Assembly: GCA_041498155.1 (NCBI GenBank)
Contig: JBGQHV010000002.1
Span: 1 to 59,967, forward strand
From: Gemmatimonadota bacterium
Lineage (GTDB): Bacteria > Gemmatimonadota > Gemmatimonadetes > Gemmatimonadales > GWC2-71-9
Direction: 5' to 3'
DNA: 59,967 nucleotides
The stretch's first letter is position 1. Every line of letters starts with the position of its first letter. The position numbers and the translations under genes were made by a program. The notes below the pieces were generated by a model. That model ran no database searches and was not told where the DNA came from. It saw only the letters and a list, made by a program, of their open reading frames with translations. Positions 1-7,756 of this stretch are shown one piece after another.

Positions 1-98
1 ACCCAGGTGCCGCTCAGGTTCGGCGAGCGGAACAGCAACGACTGGGCGGAGAGCGGCGCGGCGAGAATGGTGAGCGCGCAGACGAGGAGACGACGCAT
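1..98 (-). CDS. 5' fragment of a secreted protein (signal peptide only; gene runs off the left edge)
   Basis: The reverse strand reads GGAGG, a 6-nt spacer, then ATG at 98..96. The product begins MRRLLVCALTILAAPLSAQSLLFRSPNLSGTW and the frame stays open to position 1. It is absent from the ORF track because no stop lies inside the window. Confidence 0.5.
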   Translation of the reverse strand, partial: MRRLLVCALTILAAPLSAQSLLFRSPNLSGTW

Positions 99-157
99 GG
101 ATGGCCTCCGGAAGCGTTGGTCAGTGAATCTAGCCGAGTCTGCCCGTGGCATCGCCA

Positions 158-661
158 TCAACGCCATTCACGGACCCAGCGGTCATAGAGCACCGGGGTG
201 ACACCGCCCTGCTGCAGCACCTCGATCCCGGACGGGTCGCGATAGGCCTTGCGGTAAAAGACATGGGTGACGCCCGAGTTGATCATCAGTTTGGCGCACA
301 TCACGCACGGCGACGCGCTCACGAACACCACCTTGTCGCGGACGCTGCCGGGCGCTTTCACGAGGGCGTTCATCTCGGAGTGGATGCAGCCGCAGCTCCC
401 CGGCACGGCGCTGTCGCAGCGGTTGGCGAGGCCTTTGGCGTTGCCGTTGTAGCCGATCGCCAGGACGTTCTCCAGCAGATGGTCGGTGACCACGGTGCCG
501 ACCTGGAGCCGTACGCAGGTCGAGCGCTTGGCCAGCTCCTCGGCCATCCGCATGTACACCTCGTAGAGCGGGATGCGCTCGACCGGCGGGGGTTCGACGC
601 CGTCGGGTAGCAGGTTCAGCCGGTGCGTGTTGGCGACGACGCCGTCCTTAGGCAGGCTCAT
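158..661 (-). CDS. deoxycytidylate (dCMP) deaminase, ComEB-like
   Basis: The 167-aa ORF carries the cytidine/deoxycytidylate deaminase zinc motifs CIHSEMNA (H-x-E) and PCVMCAKL (PCxxC). It overlaps the rnhA stop by 14 nt. Confidence 0.85.
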   Translation of the reverse strand: MSLPKDGVVANTHRLNLLPDGVEPPPVERIPLYEVYMRMAEELAKRSTCVRLQVGTVVTDHLLENVLAIGYNGNAKGLANRCDSAVPGSCGCIHSEMNALVKAPGSVRDKVVFVSASPCVMCAKLMINSGVTHVFYRKAYRDPSGIEVLQQGGVTPVLYDRWVREWR

Positions 662-1247
662 GGACCTCCCGGTCGGGATCGTAGGGCTCGAACTTGCCGC
701 GCGCCTGCTGCTGCGCCAGCCACGTGTCGAACCCGGACGCGACGAGGCCGTTGGAGCGCTCCTGCCGCTCCGCGGCCCGCTGCGCGAGGTAGTTGGCGTA
801 CTCGTTCTTGGGGTGGTCGTTGTGCCCCCGCACCCACTTCCACGTGACGGCGTGGGCGGCGGTGACCTGGTCCAGCTTCTGCCACAGCTCGAGATTCTCG
901 ATCGGGCCGTTCTTCTTCTTCCAGCCGCGGGCCTTCCACGCCGGCATCCACTCGTTCATCCCTTTCACGAGATACTCCGAGTCGGACACGTAGGTGACCT
1001 GCGCGTGACGCCATTGGCGCCGGATCCATTCGAGCGAGGCGATGGCGCCCGCCAGCGCCATGCGATTGTTGGTCGTCTGGGGGGAGCACTCGAAGAAGTC
1101 CCAGCGCGCGACGCTGTCGCCCGCCGGCGCCTCCACGAGCGCGGCGTTGCCCCCGGGGCTCGGTTTGCTCCGGTCGTTGCCGAGGCAGCTCTCGTCGGCG
1201 TGGACCAGGACCGGCGTGATGGCATCGGTCGGGGTGGGGGCGGGCAT
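648..1247 (-). CDS. rnhA: ribonuclease HI
   Basis: The track ORF 648..1634 has a 129-aa Arg/Gly-rich read-through N terminus. From the ATG at 1247 the 199-aa product shows RNase HI blocks: VLVHADESCLGN, NNRMALAGAIASLE, YVSDSEYLVKGMNEWMPAWKARGWKK and WKWVRGHNDHPKNEYAN. The ATG shares one base with the usp stop (TGATG). Confidence 0.85.
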   Translation of the reverse strand: MPAPTPTDAITPVLVHADESCLGNDRSKPSPGGNAALVEAPAGDSVARWDFFECSPQTTNNRMALAGAIASLEWIRRQWRHAQVTYVSDSEYLVKGMNEWMPAWKARGWKKKNGPIENLELWQKLDQVTAAHAVTWKWVRGHNDHPKNEYANYLAQRAAERQERSNGLVASGFDTWLAQQQARGKFEPYDPDREVHEPA

Positions 1248-2005
1248 CAGGGCTGGATGGCGACCGGCAGATCGGTGTGCAGCAGGATCTCCTCGGTATG
1301 CGAGGCGACGCTGGGACGCCGCTCTCCGGGCCCGCGCGGCACGTGGGCGCCGGCAAACAACGCATCGGCGCGGATGGCCCGGACCACGCGTGCGATCACC
1401 TCCCCGGCGGATCCCTCTTCCAGATGCGTCTGGAACTGTACCCCGAGCAGCGACAGCTCGGCCTCCGCCTGCCCGGTCACCTGGATCCCCTCGTTGCGGT
1501 CGCGATAGGCGTGAATCACGTGCACCGTACTCCCGGCGACGCTCGCGAACCGGGCGGCCAGATCGAGGGCGCGGCGGTTGCGACCGTCGAACGCCACGGC
1601 ACAGTTGCGCATCGGGGACGCCACGCCGCCGCACACGATGACGGTCTGCTCGGCGAGCCGAATGAGCGATGCGGCCGTCCGGCCGAGGGCGCTGGGACCG
1701 GCCCGCTCGGTGCGCAACCCGCGGCGGCCCACCAGCGCCGCGTCGACTTCCTTCGCCAGCTCGGCCAGGATCAGGTCGGGCGACCCATCGCGTTGCACGG
1801 CTTCGACCTCGAGTCCCGCCGCCGCGACGCGGAACCGCCCGCGCTCGAGCAGGACCGCGGCGGCCGCGACGGAGTCTTTGTCGCCCTCGGCGACCACCGC
1901 CACGACGATCACCGAGCGGAACCGCAGCGCCAGCACGACCGCCTGCTCCAGCGCGGCGTCGCCCTGCGGACTCCCGTCGAGGCCCACCAGCAGGCGCGTG
2001 AACAT
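1247..2005 (-). CDS. universal stress protein, tandem Usp domains
   Basis: The 252-aa ORF starts MFTRLLVGLDGSPQGDAALEQAV and has a second domain (AVAFDGRNRRALDLAARFA...VHVIHA), as in tandem-type UspA proteins. Confidence 0.75.
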   Translation of the reverse strand: MFTRLLVGLDGSPQGDAALEQAVVLALRFRSVIVVAVVAEGDKDSVAAAAVLLERGRFRVAAAGLEVEAVQRDGSPDLILAELAKEVDAALVGRRGLRTERAGPSALGRTAASLIRLAEQTVIVCGGVASPMRNCAVAFDGRNRRALDLAARFASVAGSTVHVIHAYRDRNEGIQVTGQAEAELSLLGVQFQTHLEEGSAGEVIARVVRAIRADALFAGAHVPRGPGERRPSVASHTEEILLHTDLPVAIQP

Positions 2006-2027
2006 CAGGCCCCCCCCCCCGGCCGCT

Positions 2028-2264
2028 TCACGGCAGCACCGCGAAGGTGTCCAGCTCGCGCAGCCGGAAGCTCAACAGCTCGCCCGTCATCGGCAGCCTG
2101 GCCCGCAATGTCTCGTCCCGGTTTTCGACCTCGAGCTCTTCGGCCACGACGACGTACTCGGTGCCGCGGCGCGACAGCGCCACCCGCCGCCGCTCGCGCA
2201 CCGCGCGTTCCAGGGCATCCAACGCGTCGGGGGTGAGAGAGCGGTATTCGGGGATCGCGCTCAT
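2028..2264 (-). CDS. hypothetical 78-aa protein
   Basis: The composition is balanced and G/C-ending codons are frequent. It sits 9 nt downstream of the selD stop on the same strand. The opposite-strand ORF 2047..2277 is Ser/Arg junk. No family was recognised. Confidence 0.5.
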   Translation of the reverse strand: MSAIPEYRSLTPDALDALERAVRERRRVALSRRGTEYVVVAEELEVENRDETLRARLPMTGELLSFRLRELDTFAVLP

Positions 2265-2273
2265 GGGGGAGAT

Positions 2274-3314
2274 TTAACGGACGACGATCGATCCCGCTTG
2301 CTCCGCGGTGACCCGCCCGATGATGGCGGCGGGCGCCAGCCCTTCCCGCGCCAGCGCTTCCTGCAGGCGGCCGACGCGCTCGGTGGCGAGGGCGATCAGC
2401 AGCCCCCCCGACGTCTGGGCGTCGGCCAGCAGCAACCGCTCCGACTCCGTCAACGCGTCGGGGAACCGGACCGTCGCGGCGAGGCTCTCGAGATTCCGCT
2501 TGGTCCCGCCCGGCACCGCGCCCCGGGCGAGCATCTCCCGAGCCTGCGCCAGGACCGGCACGCGCGCCGCCTCCACTTCGGCCGCGACGCCGCTCGCCTC
2601 CAGCAGACTTTGCAGATGTCCCAGCAGGCCGAAGCCCGTGACGTCGGTGGCGGCGTGGACGCCGGCCGCCAGCATCGCGCGAGCCGCACCGGCGTTCAGG
2701 GTCGTCATCGAGGCGACGGCCTCGGCCAGGGCCGGTGCCGGGAGCAGGTCACGTTTCAGGGCGGTCGTCAGGATGCCCGTCCCGATCGGCTTCGTCAGCG
2801 CCAGGGCGTCACCGGGTCGCGCGCCCGCGTTGGTCACGATGTGCTCGGGGTGCACCTCGCCGATCACGACCATGCCGTACTTCGGCTCGGGGTCATCCAC
2901 CGAATGACCACCGACGACGAACGCACCGGCTGCGCGGGCCACGTCCGCTCCGCCGCGCAGCACGTCGCCCAGGAGCTCCAGCGGCAGGCGGTCGCGCGGC
3001 CACCCGACGATGTTCAGGGCGAACAGCGGCGCGGCGCCCATCGCGTACACGTCGGAGAACGCGTTGGTGGCCGCGATGCGTCCGAAGTCGTACGCGTCGT
3101 CGACGATGGGCGTGAAGAAGTCCACGGTCGCCACCAGCGCCCGGTCCGGCGCCACCTGAAACACGGCGGCGTCGTCCCGGCTCGCGGCATCGACCAGGAT
3201 GCGCGGATCCGACGGCAACGGCACGTGACGCAAGACCTGCGTCAGCTCGGATGGCCCGAGCTTGCAGGCTCAGCCAGCGCCGTGCGAAAACGCCGTGAGG
3301 CGAACGGTGGTCAT
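2274..3314 (-). CDS. selD: selenide, water dikinase (selenophosphate synthetase), selenocysteine-containing form
   Basis: The body (2274..3233 in the track) is a clear AIR-synthase-fold SelD (DDAAVF, VATVDFFTPIVDD, FGRIAATNAFSDVYAMGA, GGHSVDDPEPKYG). The frame continues upstream as ATG(3314) MTTVRLTAFSHGAG-TGA(3272..3270)-ACKLGPSELTQVL. This matches the conserved SelD N terminus SHGAG(C/U)GCK. Confidence 0.85.
3235..3269 (-). promoter_or_regulatory. SECIS-like recoding hairpin immediately 3' of the selD UGA
   Basis: The minus-strand RNA folds as GCCUGC / A / AGCUCGG - GCCAU loop - CCGAGCU / GAC / GCAGGU. That gives a 6-bp lower stem (one G-U), an internal loop, a 7-bp upper stem and a 5-nt apical loop. 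It starts at the first nt after UGA. Confidence 0.6.
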
Positions 3315-3330
3315 GGGAGGGGAAATATGG

Positions 3331-3406
3331 AGGGACGAGAGACGGGGGACGAGGGACGAGTGGCTCACCGACTCCACCCGTCCCCCATCCCCCGTCCCGC
3401 GTCCCT
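3331..3406 (-). other. long RNA stem-loop (33 positions per arm, 10-nt loop) between the upstream gene stop and the selD start
   Basis: Arms 3331..3363 and 3374..3406 form 28 Watson-Crick pairs. Four of the five plus-strand mismatches (A-C or C-A) become G-U wobbles in the minus-strand RNA, leaving one U-C mismatch. The structure lies 6 nt after the stop at 3413 and 16 nt before the selD ATG. Confidence 0.6.
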
Positions 3407-3412
3407 AGAGCG

Positions 3413-4201
3413 TCAGCCTTGCTGTGCGACTAGGAGAGCGCGTAGCCCGATGAGCGCCCGCTCTTCGTGGGCCGGGCTATCGAAGCTGCCGTCGGGGCGC
3501 TGCGCCGCCAGCAACGCGGGCACCGCCCGCTCGATCACCGCGCGCGCGGGACGGATGCCCGCGAGCAACAGCGACTCGAGCATGTGGAACAGATTCGCCT
3601 CGCCCCAGGTGCCGTCGGACTGCTGGGCGGCCCCGACGCGCTCGACGCACGACTCGAGACGATCGTGATACGGGACCGGCGCCACGGCCACCACGCCCAA
3701 CGCGCTCGCCGCGAGCTCGTCGTGGACCGTGGGCCACAGGCTGAGCACCCGCTCCAGCCGGCGCAGCACACGCGGGCGGGCGTCCTGGCGTGCCCGCAGC
3801 AGTACCCGCAGGCCGAGGCACTCGGCGGCGAACGTGGCACCCGCTTCGCTGGTCAACACGGTGCCGTTGGGCAGCGCCAGAGGCGTCGGCGCGGGAGCGG
3901 GGGGCGGCGCCTCGAGGAAGGTCAGGACCCAGGACACCAGACGCGACAGGCTTCCCTGCAGCGCATCGAGGCCGAGATCCATCATCTCCCAGGCGGCCCA
4001 GGCAGTGGTGACGAGTGACCCACCGATGGAGCCGTCCATTTTGGTGCGGGCCCGGCGCTCGATGCAGAGCAGCTCGGCGAGCCGGTCATCTTCGGGTTTC
4101 GGAATACCCAACAGGCGCCGGGCGATGACGCCGGGGCGGGTATCCAGGCCACCAAAAAAGGTCTCCAGGCGGACGATCGCCTGTTCCAGGGAAGTCGTCA
4201 T
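3413..4201 (-). CDS. prenyltransferase/squalene-oxidase-repeat-like protein (terpenoid-cyclase fold), function unknown
   Basis: The 262-aa ORF has GGAGG upstream of its ATG. It contains repeated QxxDGS(W/F)-type motifs (AAQQSDGTWGE, AAQRPDGSFDS), as in alpha-alpha toroid repeat proteins. Confidence 0.5.
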   Translation of the reverse strand: MTTSLEQAIVRLETFFGGLDTRPGVIARRLLGIPKPEDDRLAELLCIERRARTKMDGSIGGSLVTTAWAAWEMMDLGLDALQGSLSRLVSWVLTFLEAPPPAPAPTPLALPNGTVLTSEAGATFAAECLGLRVLLRARQDARPRVLRRLERVLSLWPTVHDELAASALGVVAVAPVPYHDRLESCVERVGAAQQSDGTWGEANLFHMLESLLLAGIRPARAVIERAVPALLAAQRPDGSFDSPAHEERALIGLRALLVAQQG

Positions 4202-4334
4202 GGGGCCTCCACGAGAGGAGGAGGGTGAATCGGAACTGTCGGAGCGGACCGGAGGCGGGCGGCGTGGGCTCAGTCAGGCCGCGCGATCTCCGGTGGCTAG
4301 TAGCCCCCGTTCGCGGAAAAGTTCCGCCCCGGTT

Positions 4335-4664
4335 TCAGCCCAGTCGCCAGGCGAGCAGCGCTCCGGCGCCGACGTATCGCAGCACGGAGAAGACGACGGC
4401 GATGAACGGGGGGCGCGCCGTCACGCCCGCGGCGAGGATGCCCACCAGCCCGAACAGCAGCCACCATTCGCCGTGCCCGAGGCTGTCGAACCACAGGGAT
4501 CCGAACAGCGTCACGAGCAGTGCCTCGACAGCGACCGCGAGCAGTGTCGCGGGTGAAGGCGGCGGACTCGCGGCGAGCCCGATCACCCGATGGGCTCCCC
4601 ATCCCGCGGCCCCGAACCACGCGGCCACAGGTAGCCAGGCGAGCAGCAGCCGCCCGAGCGTCAT
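4335..4664 (-). CDS. small integral membrane protein (3-4 predicted TM helices)
   Basis: The 109-aa ORF is hydrophobic throughout (LLLAWLPVAAWFGAAGW, LLAVAVEALLVTLFGSLWF, WWLLFGLVGILAAGV, FIAVVFSVLRYVGAGALLAW). It starts 3 nt after the stop of the upstream gene. Confidence 0.55.
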   Translation of the reverse strand: MTLGRLLLAWLPVAAWFGAAGWGAHRVIGLAASPPPSPATLLAVAVEALLVTLFGSLWFDSLGHGEWWLLFGLVGILAAGVTARPPFIAVVFSVLRYVGAGALLAWRLG

Positions 4665-4667
4665 GCG

Positions 4668-6401
4668 CTACGGGCTGACTCGCCCGCGTCGCTCCGGCGG
4701 CACATAACCGGGTCCGCGCAGCCCCCGTCCCGGCCGGGCGGCCGTCAGCTGGCCGCGTTTCAGGACGGCCTGGCCGTTGACGAACACGTATTCGATCCCC
4801 ACCGAGAGTTGGTGCGGCTTGTCGAACGTCGCGCGGTCGCCCACGGTCGCCGGGTCGAACACGGTGATGTCGGCGAACATCCCCGGGCGCAACAGGCCGC
4901 GGTCGGCGAGGCCGACGCGTTGGGCCGCGAGTGAGGTCATTTTCCGCACCGCGAACTCGAGCGGCATCAGGTGCAGCTCCCGGACGTAGCGCCCGAGGAT
5001 GCGCGCAAACGAGCCATAGGCGCGCGGATGCGTCCCGTCCTTCCCGAATGGCCCGTCCGGAGCGACTCCCGAGGCGTCGCAATCCACTGCGACCAGCGGG
5101 CTCTGGAGCGCCGCCTGCACATCCGGCTCGCTCATGATGAAATAGATCGCCCCGGTGCGAGCGTGATCGGCGATGACCAGATCGAACATGGTCTCGATGG
5201 GATCGCGCCGGCGCGTCGCGGCGATTTCACTCAGGCGTTTGCCCTGCAGATAATGAAGCGAGTCCTCGAACGGGAAAACGATGACCCCGCTCGGCCCCTC
5301 GGTCGCCCGGAAGAAACGATCCGAGGTCTGCGGCGGCGCCAGCAGCTCGGCGCGCAGCCGCGCCCGGGTGGCGGGATCGCGCAAACGCAGCACGAGTGAG
5401 TCGTTGCCGCCGCTGTGGGCCCACGCTGGAATCGAGGCGTCCAGCGACGTGGCGCCGGCGAGGTACGGATACTGATCGGCCGTGATATCCAGGCCCGCGG
5501 CGCGGGCCGAGTCGATCCGGGCCAGTACGTGCGGCATCCGACCCCAGTTGCGTTTCCCCGAGATCTTCAGGTGCCAGATCTCGGCCGGAATGTCCGCCTC
5601 GCGGGCGATGCGGAACGTCTCGTCCAAGGCCGCGTCGATCTGCCCCCCTTCATTCCGCATGTGCGTGGCATAGACGCCGCCGTGTCGGCGGGCCGCTTTG
5701 GCGAGGGCGATAATCTCTTCGGTCTGCGCATAGAACGCGGGCGCGTACTCGATCGCGGTCGAGAGTCCGAGTGCTCCCTGCTCCATCATCGTGTCGACCA
5801 GCGCATTCATATGCGACTGCTCCGGGCTGGTCGGTGCCCGATTGTCGAATCCGATGACCGCCATCCGTACCTGGGTGGCCCCGACGAACGTCGCGATGTT
5901 GATCGTGGATCCGGTGCGGGCGAGATGGGCGAAATACCCGTCCAGATCGCGCCAGTCCTCGGCCAGGTGGTACCGCTTCATGAATTCGGAGTCGAGCGCC
6001 GCCAGTGGCTCCGTGAGCGGGGCGACGGACCCGCCTTCGCCCGTGACTTCCGTGGTGATCCCCTGGGTGATCTTCGATAAGGCCCGGTTGTCTATCAGTA
6101 CGTACGTCTCCGACTGACCCAGCATGTCGATGAACCCGGGAGCCACCACCAGCCCCGAAACGTCGAGCGTCTCCCGCGCCGCGCCGCCCGACAGCCGGCC
6201 CATCGCCGCGATGCGGTCGCCGCGAATGGCGACGTCCCCCTGCCAGCGCGGGTTGCCCGTGCCGTCGACAATCCAGCCGCCCTTCAGCAGAACGTCGTAA
6301 CCCGCCCCCGCCCCCGTCTCCGGTGCGGCGCGGTTGGCGGGACGCTCGCAGGCCATGCCGAACGCCAGGGTGGCCAGTGCCAGGCGTGTCACTTGCGCCA
6401 T
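4668..6401 (-). CDS. N-acyl-D-amino-acid deacylase (D-aminoacylase) family amidohydrolase, secreted
   Basis: The 577-aa ORF has a signal peptide. It shows the family pattern YDVLLKGGWIVDGTGNPRWQGDVAIRGDRIAAMG...VVAPGFIDMLGQSE and a C-terminal beta-sandwich (DITVFDPATV...VNGQAV). Confidence 0.75.
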   Translation of the reverse strand: MAQVTRLALATLAFGMACERPANRAAPETGAGAGYDVLLKGGWIVDGTGNPRWQGDVAIRGDRIAAMGRLSGGAARETLDVSGLVVAPGFIDMLGQSETYVLIDNRALSKITQGITTEVTGEGGSVAPLTEPLAALDSEFMKRYHLAEDWRDLDGYFAHLARTGSTINIATFVGATQVRMAVIGFDNRAPTSPEQSHMNALVDTMMEQGALGLSTAIEYAPAFYAQTEEIIALAKAARRHGGVYATHMRNEGGQIDAALDETFRIAREADIPAEIWHLKISGKRNWGRMPHVLARIDSARAAGLDITADQYPYLAGATSLDASIPAWAHSGGNDSLVLRLRDPATRARLRAELLAPPQTSDRFFRATEGPSGVIVFPFEDSLHYLQGKRLSEIAATRRRDPIETMFDLVIADHARTGAIYFIMSEPDVQAALQSPLVAVDCDASGVAPDGPFGKDGTHPRAYGSFARILGRYVRELHLMPLEFAVRKMTSLAAQRVGLADRGLLRPGMFADITVFDPATVGDRATFDKPHQLSVGIEYVFVNGQAVLKRGQLTAARPGRGLRGPGYVPPERRGRVSP

Positions 6402-7756
6402 TCGGCCCTCAGGGAATCAGGTCGGATTTGCCGGCCGCGGACCATTACCCACGCGATGTCACGGGTCGCCGTGATATCATCGGCCGGATTGCGGTTCAGG
6501 ACGACGAGATCGGCGACTTTCCCCGGTACCAGCATCCCGAGCGAGTCGGCGGCCAGAATCTCCGCGCCATAGCGGGTGGCGGTCGTGAGGGCGTCGAGCG
6601 GCGTCAGGCCGGCGCTCACGAGCAGCGCGAGCTCCTCGTGCAACGCGGCGCCGGGGACGAGTAGCGGATTCGCCGCGTCGGTCCCCGCGGCCACGAGTCC
6701 GCCCGCCGCCCGGAACTCGCGCACGAACTGGTCCTGGCGCGCCCGGCCGCGACGGAACGCGGCCAGCTCGGCCGCACGCCACCCCGCGTGCTGCAGCAGC
6801 GCCGCCACCGCGCGGACCCGGTTGGAGCTGTCGGCGGGCACGTCCACCATGCCAAGTCGCTGCAGCAGCGCCGGGTCGTCGAGGTGGGCGAACGCTTCGT
6901 GTTCTACCAGCGTCGGCACGAGCGCGACGTGCGTGGCGGCGAGCGCGCGTGCCACCCGGGCCACGGTGGCAGAATCGAGCGCGCCCCAGCTCGCTTCTTC
7001 CATCGTCAGTCCGGCGAAAAAGAGGTCGTTGGCCCGGATGAACGGTGCGGGATCGCCGGCCGCGGACGCGACGATCCCGGCGAGCTGCTCCAACGACGTG
7101 ACGCCCGCGCGGGCGGCGCTGAGCGCGTCGATCTTGCCCGGGTGAATCGCGACCCGCAGCCGCAGCGTGGCAGCTTCGTCCACGATCGCCCGCAGCAGAT
7201 CGGGCGTGATCTTGGTGTAGACCGTCACGAAGTCCGCGCCCGCCACGGCCCGCTGATCCACCGCCTGCCGGGCTTCCTCGTCACCGGCGACGGCGGTGGC
7301 GCCCGGCAGGGTGGCGGCCATGCCGTCGATCGCCGGACCGGCTGTGAACATGCGCGGCCCGATCACCGAGCCCAGGTCGATGTCCTTCTTGATGGCGTAC
7401 CCGGAGTCACCCGGCGAGTGGATATCCCGGACGCTGGTCACGCCCCAGGCGAGGTAACGGGGCAGGGCCCACCGTTCCACGGTCGTGTGCGAGTCGATCA
7501 GACCGGGGATGATCGTCTTGCCGACCAGATCGATGCGCTGGGCGCCCCGGGGGATCTTGATCTCGTTCACCTGGGCGACCGCCTTGATCGCGCCGTCCTT
7601 GATGAGGATCAGGGCATCGGTCTTGGGAGGACCGCCCGACCCGTCGATCAGGGTGGCGCCCTCGAGGGCGATCATGCCCTTGCCGGGGGAGGTACAGGCT
7701 GCGGCAAGCGCCGCCGCGGCGGCCAGGAGGATGGCCGGGCGGCGCCGGGGGAACAT
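6389..7756 (-). CDS. amidohydrolase family protein (imidazolonepropionase-like), lipoprotein-type signal
   Basis: The track ORF 6389..8251 has a junk N terminus. From the ATG at 7756 the product reads MFPRRRPAILLAAAAALAAACTSPG...LEGATLIDGSGGPP...IIPGLIDSHTTV...GTDAANP. The ATG shares one base with the upstream stop (TGATG). Confidence 0.75.
   Translation of the reverse strand: MFPRRRPAILLAAAAALAAACTSPGKGMIALEGATLIDGSGGPPKTDALILIKDGAIKAVAQVNEIKIPRGAQRIDLVGKTIIPGLIDSHTTVERWALPRYLAWGVTSVRDIHSPGDSGYAIKKDIDLGSVIGPRMFTAGPAIDGMAATLPGATAVAGDEEARQAVDQRAVAGADFVTVYTKITPDLLRAIVDEAATLRLRVAIHPGKIDALSAARAGVTSLEQLAGIVASAAGDPAPFIRANDLFFAGLTMEEASWGALDSATVARVARALAATHVALVPTLVEHEAFAHLDDPALLQRLGMVDVPADSSNRVRAVAALLQHAGWRAAELAAFRRGRARQDQFVREFRAAGGLVAAGTDAANPLLVPGAALHEELALLVSAGLTPLDALTTATRYGAEILAADSLGMLVPGKVADLVVLNRNPADDITATRDIAWVMVRGRQIRPDSLRAEWRK

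Noticed and set aside
158-1247. dCMP deaminase plus RNase H considered as a nucleotide-depletion or anti-phage defence module
   Set aside because: The deaminase is a minimal 167-aa ComEB-type enzyme without the kinase or other accessory domains of defensive dCTP deaminases. RNase HI is housekeeping. The context (usp, selD) has no mobile or defence hallmarks.
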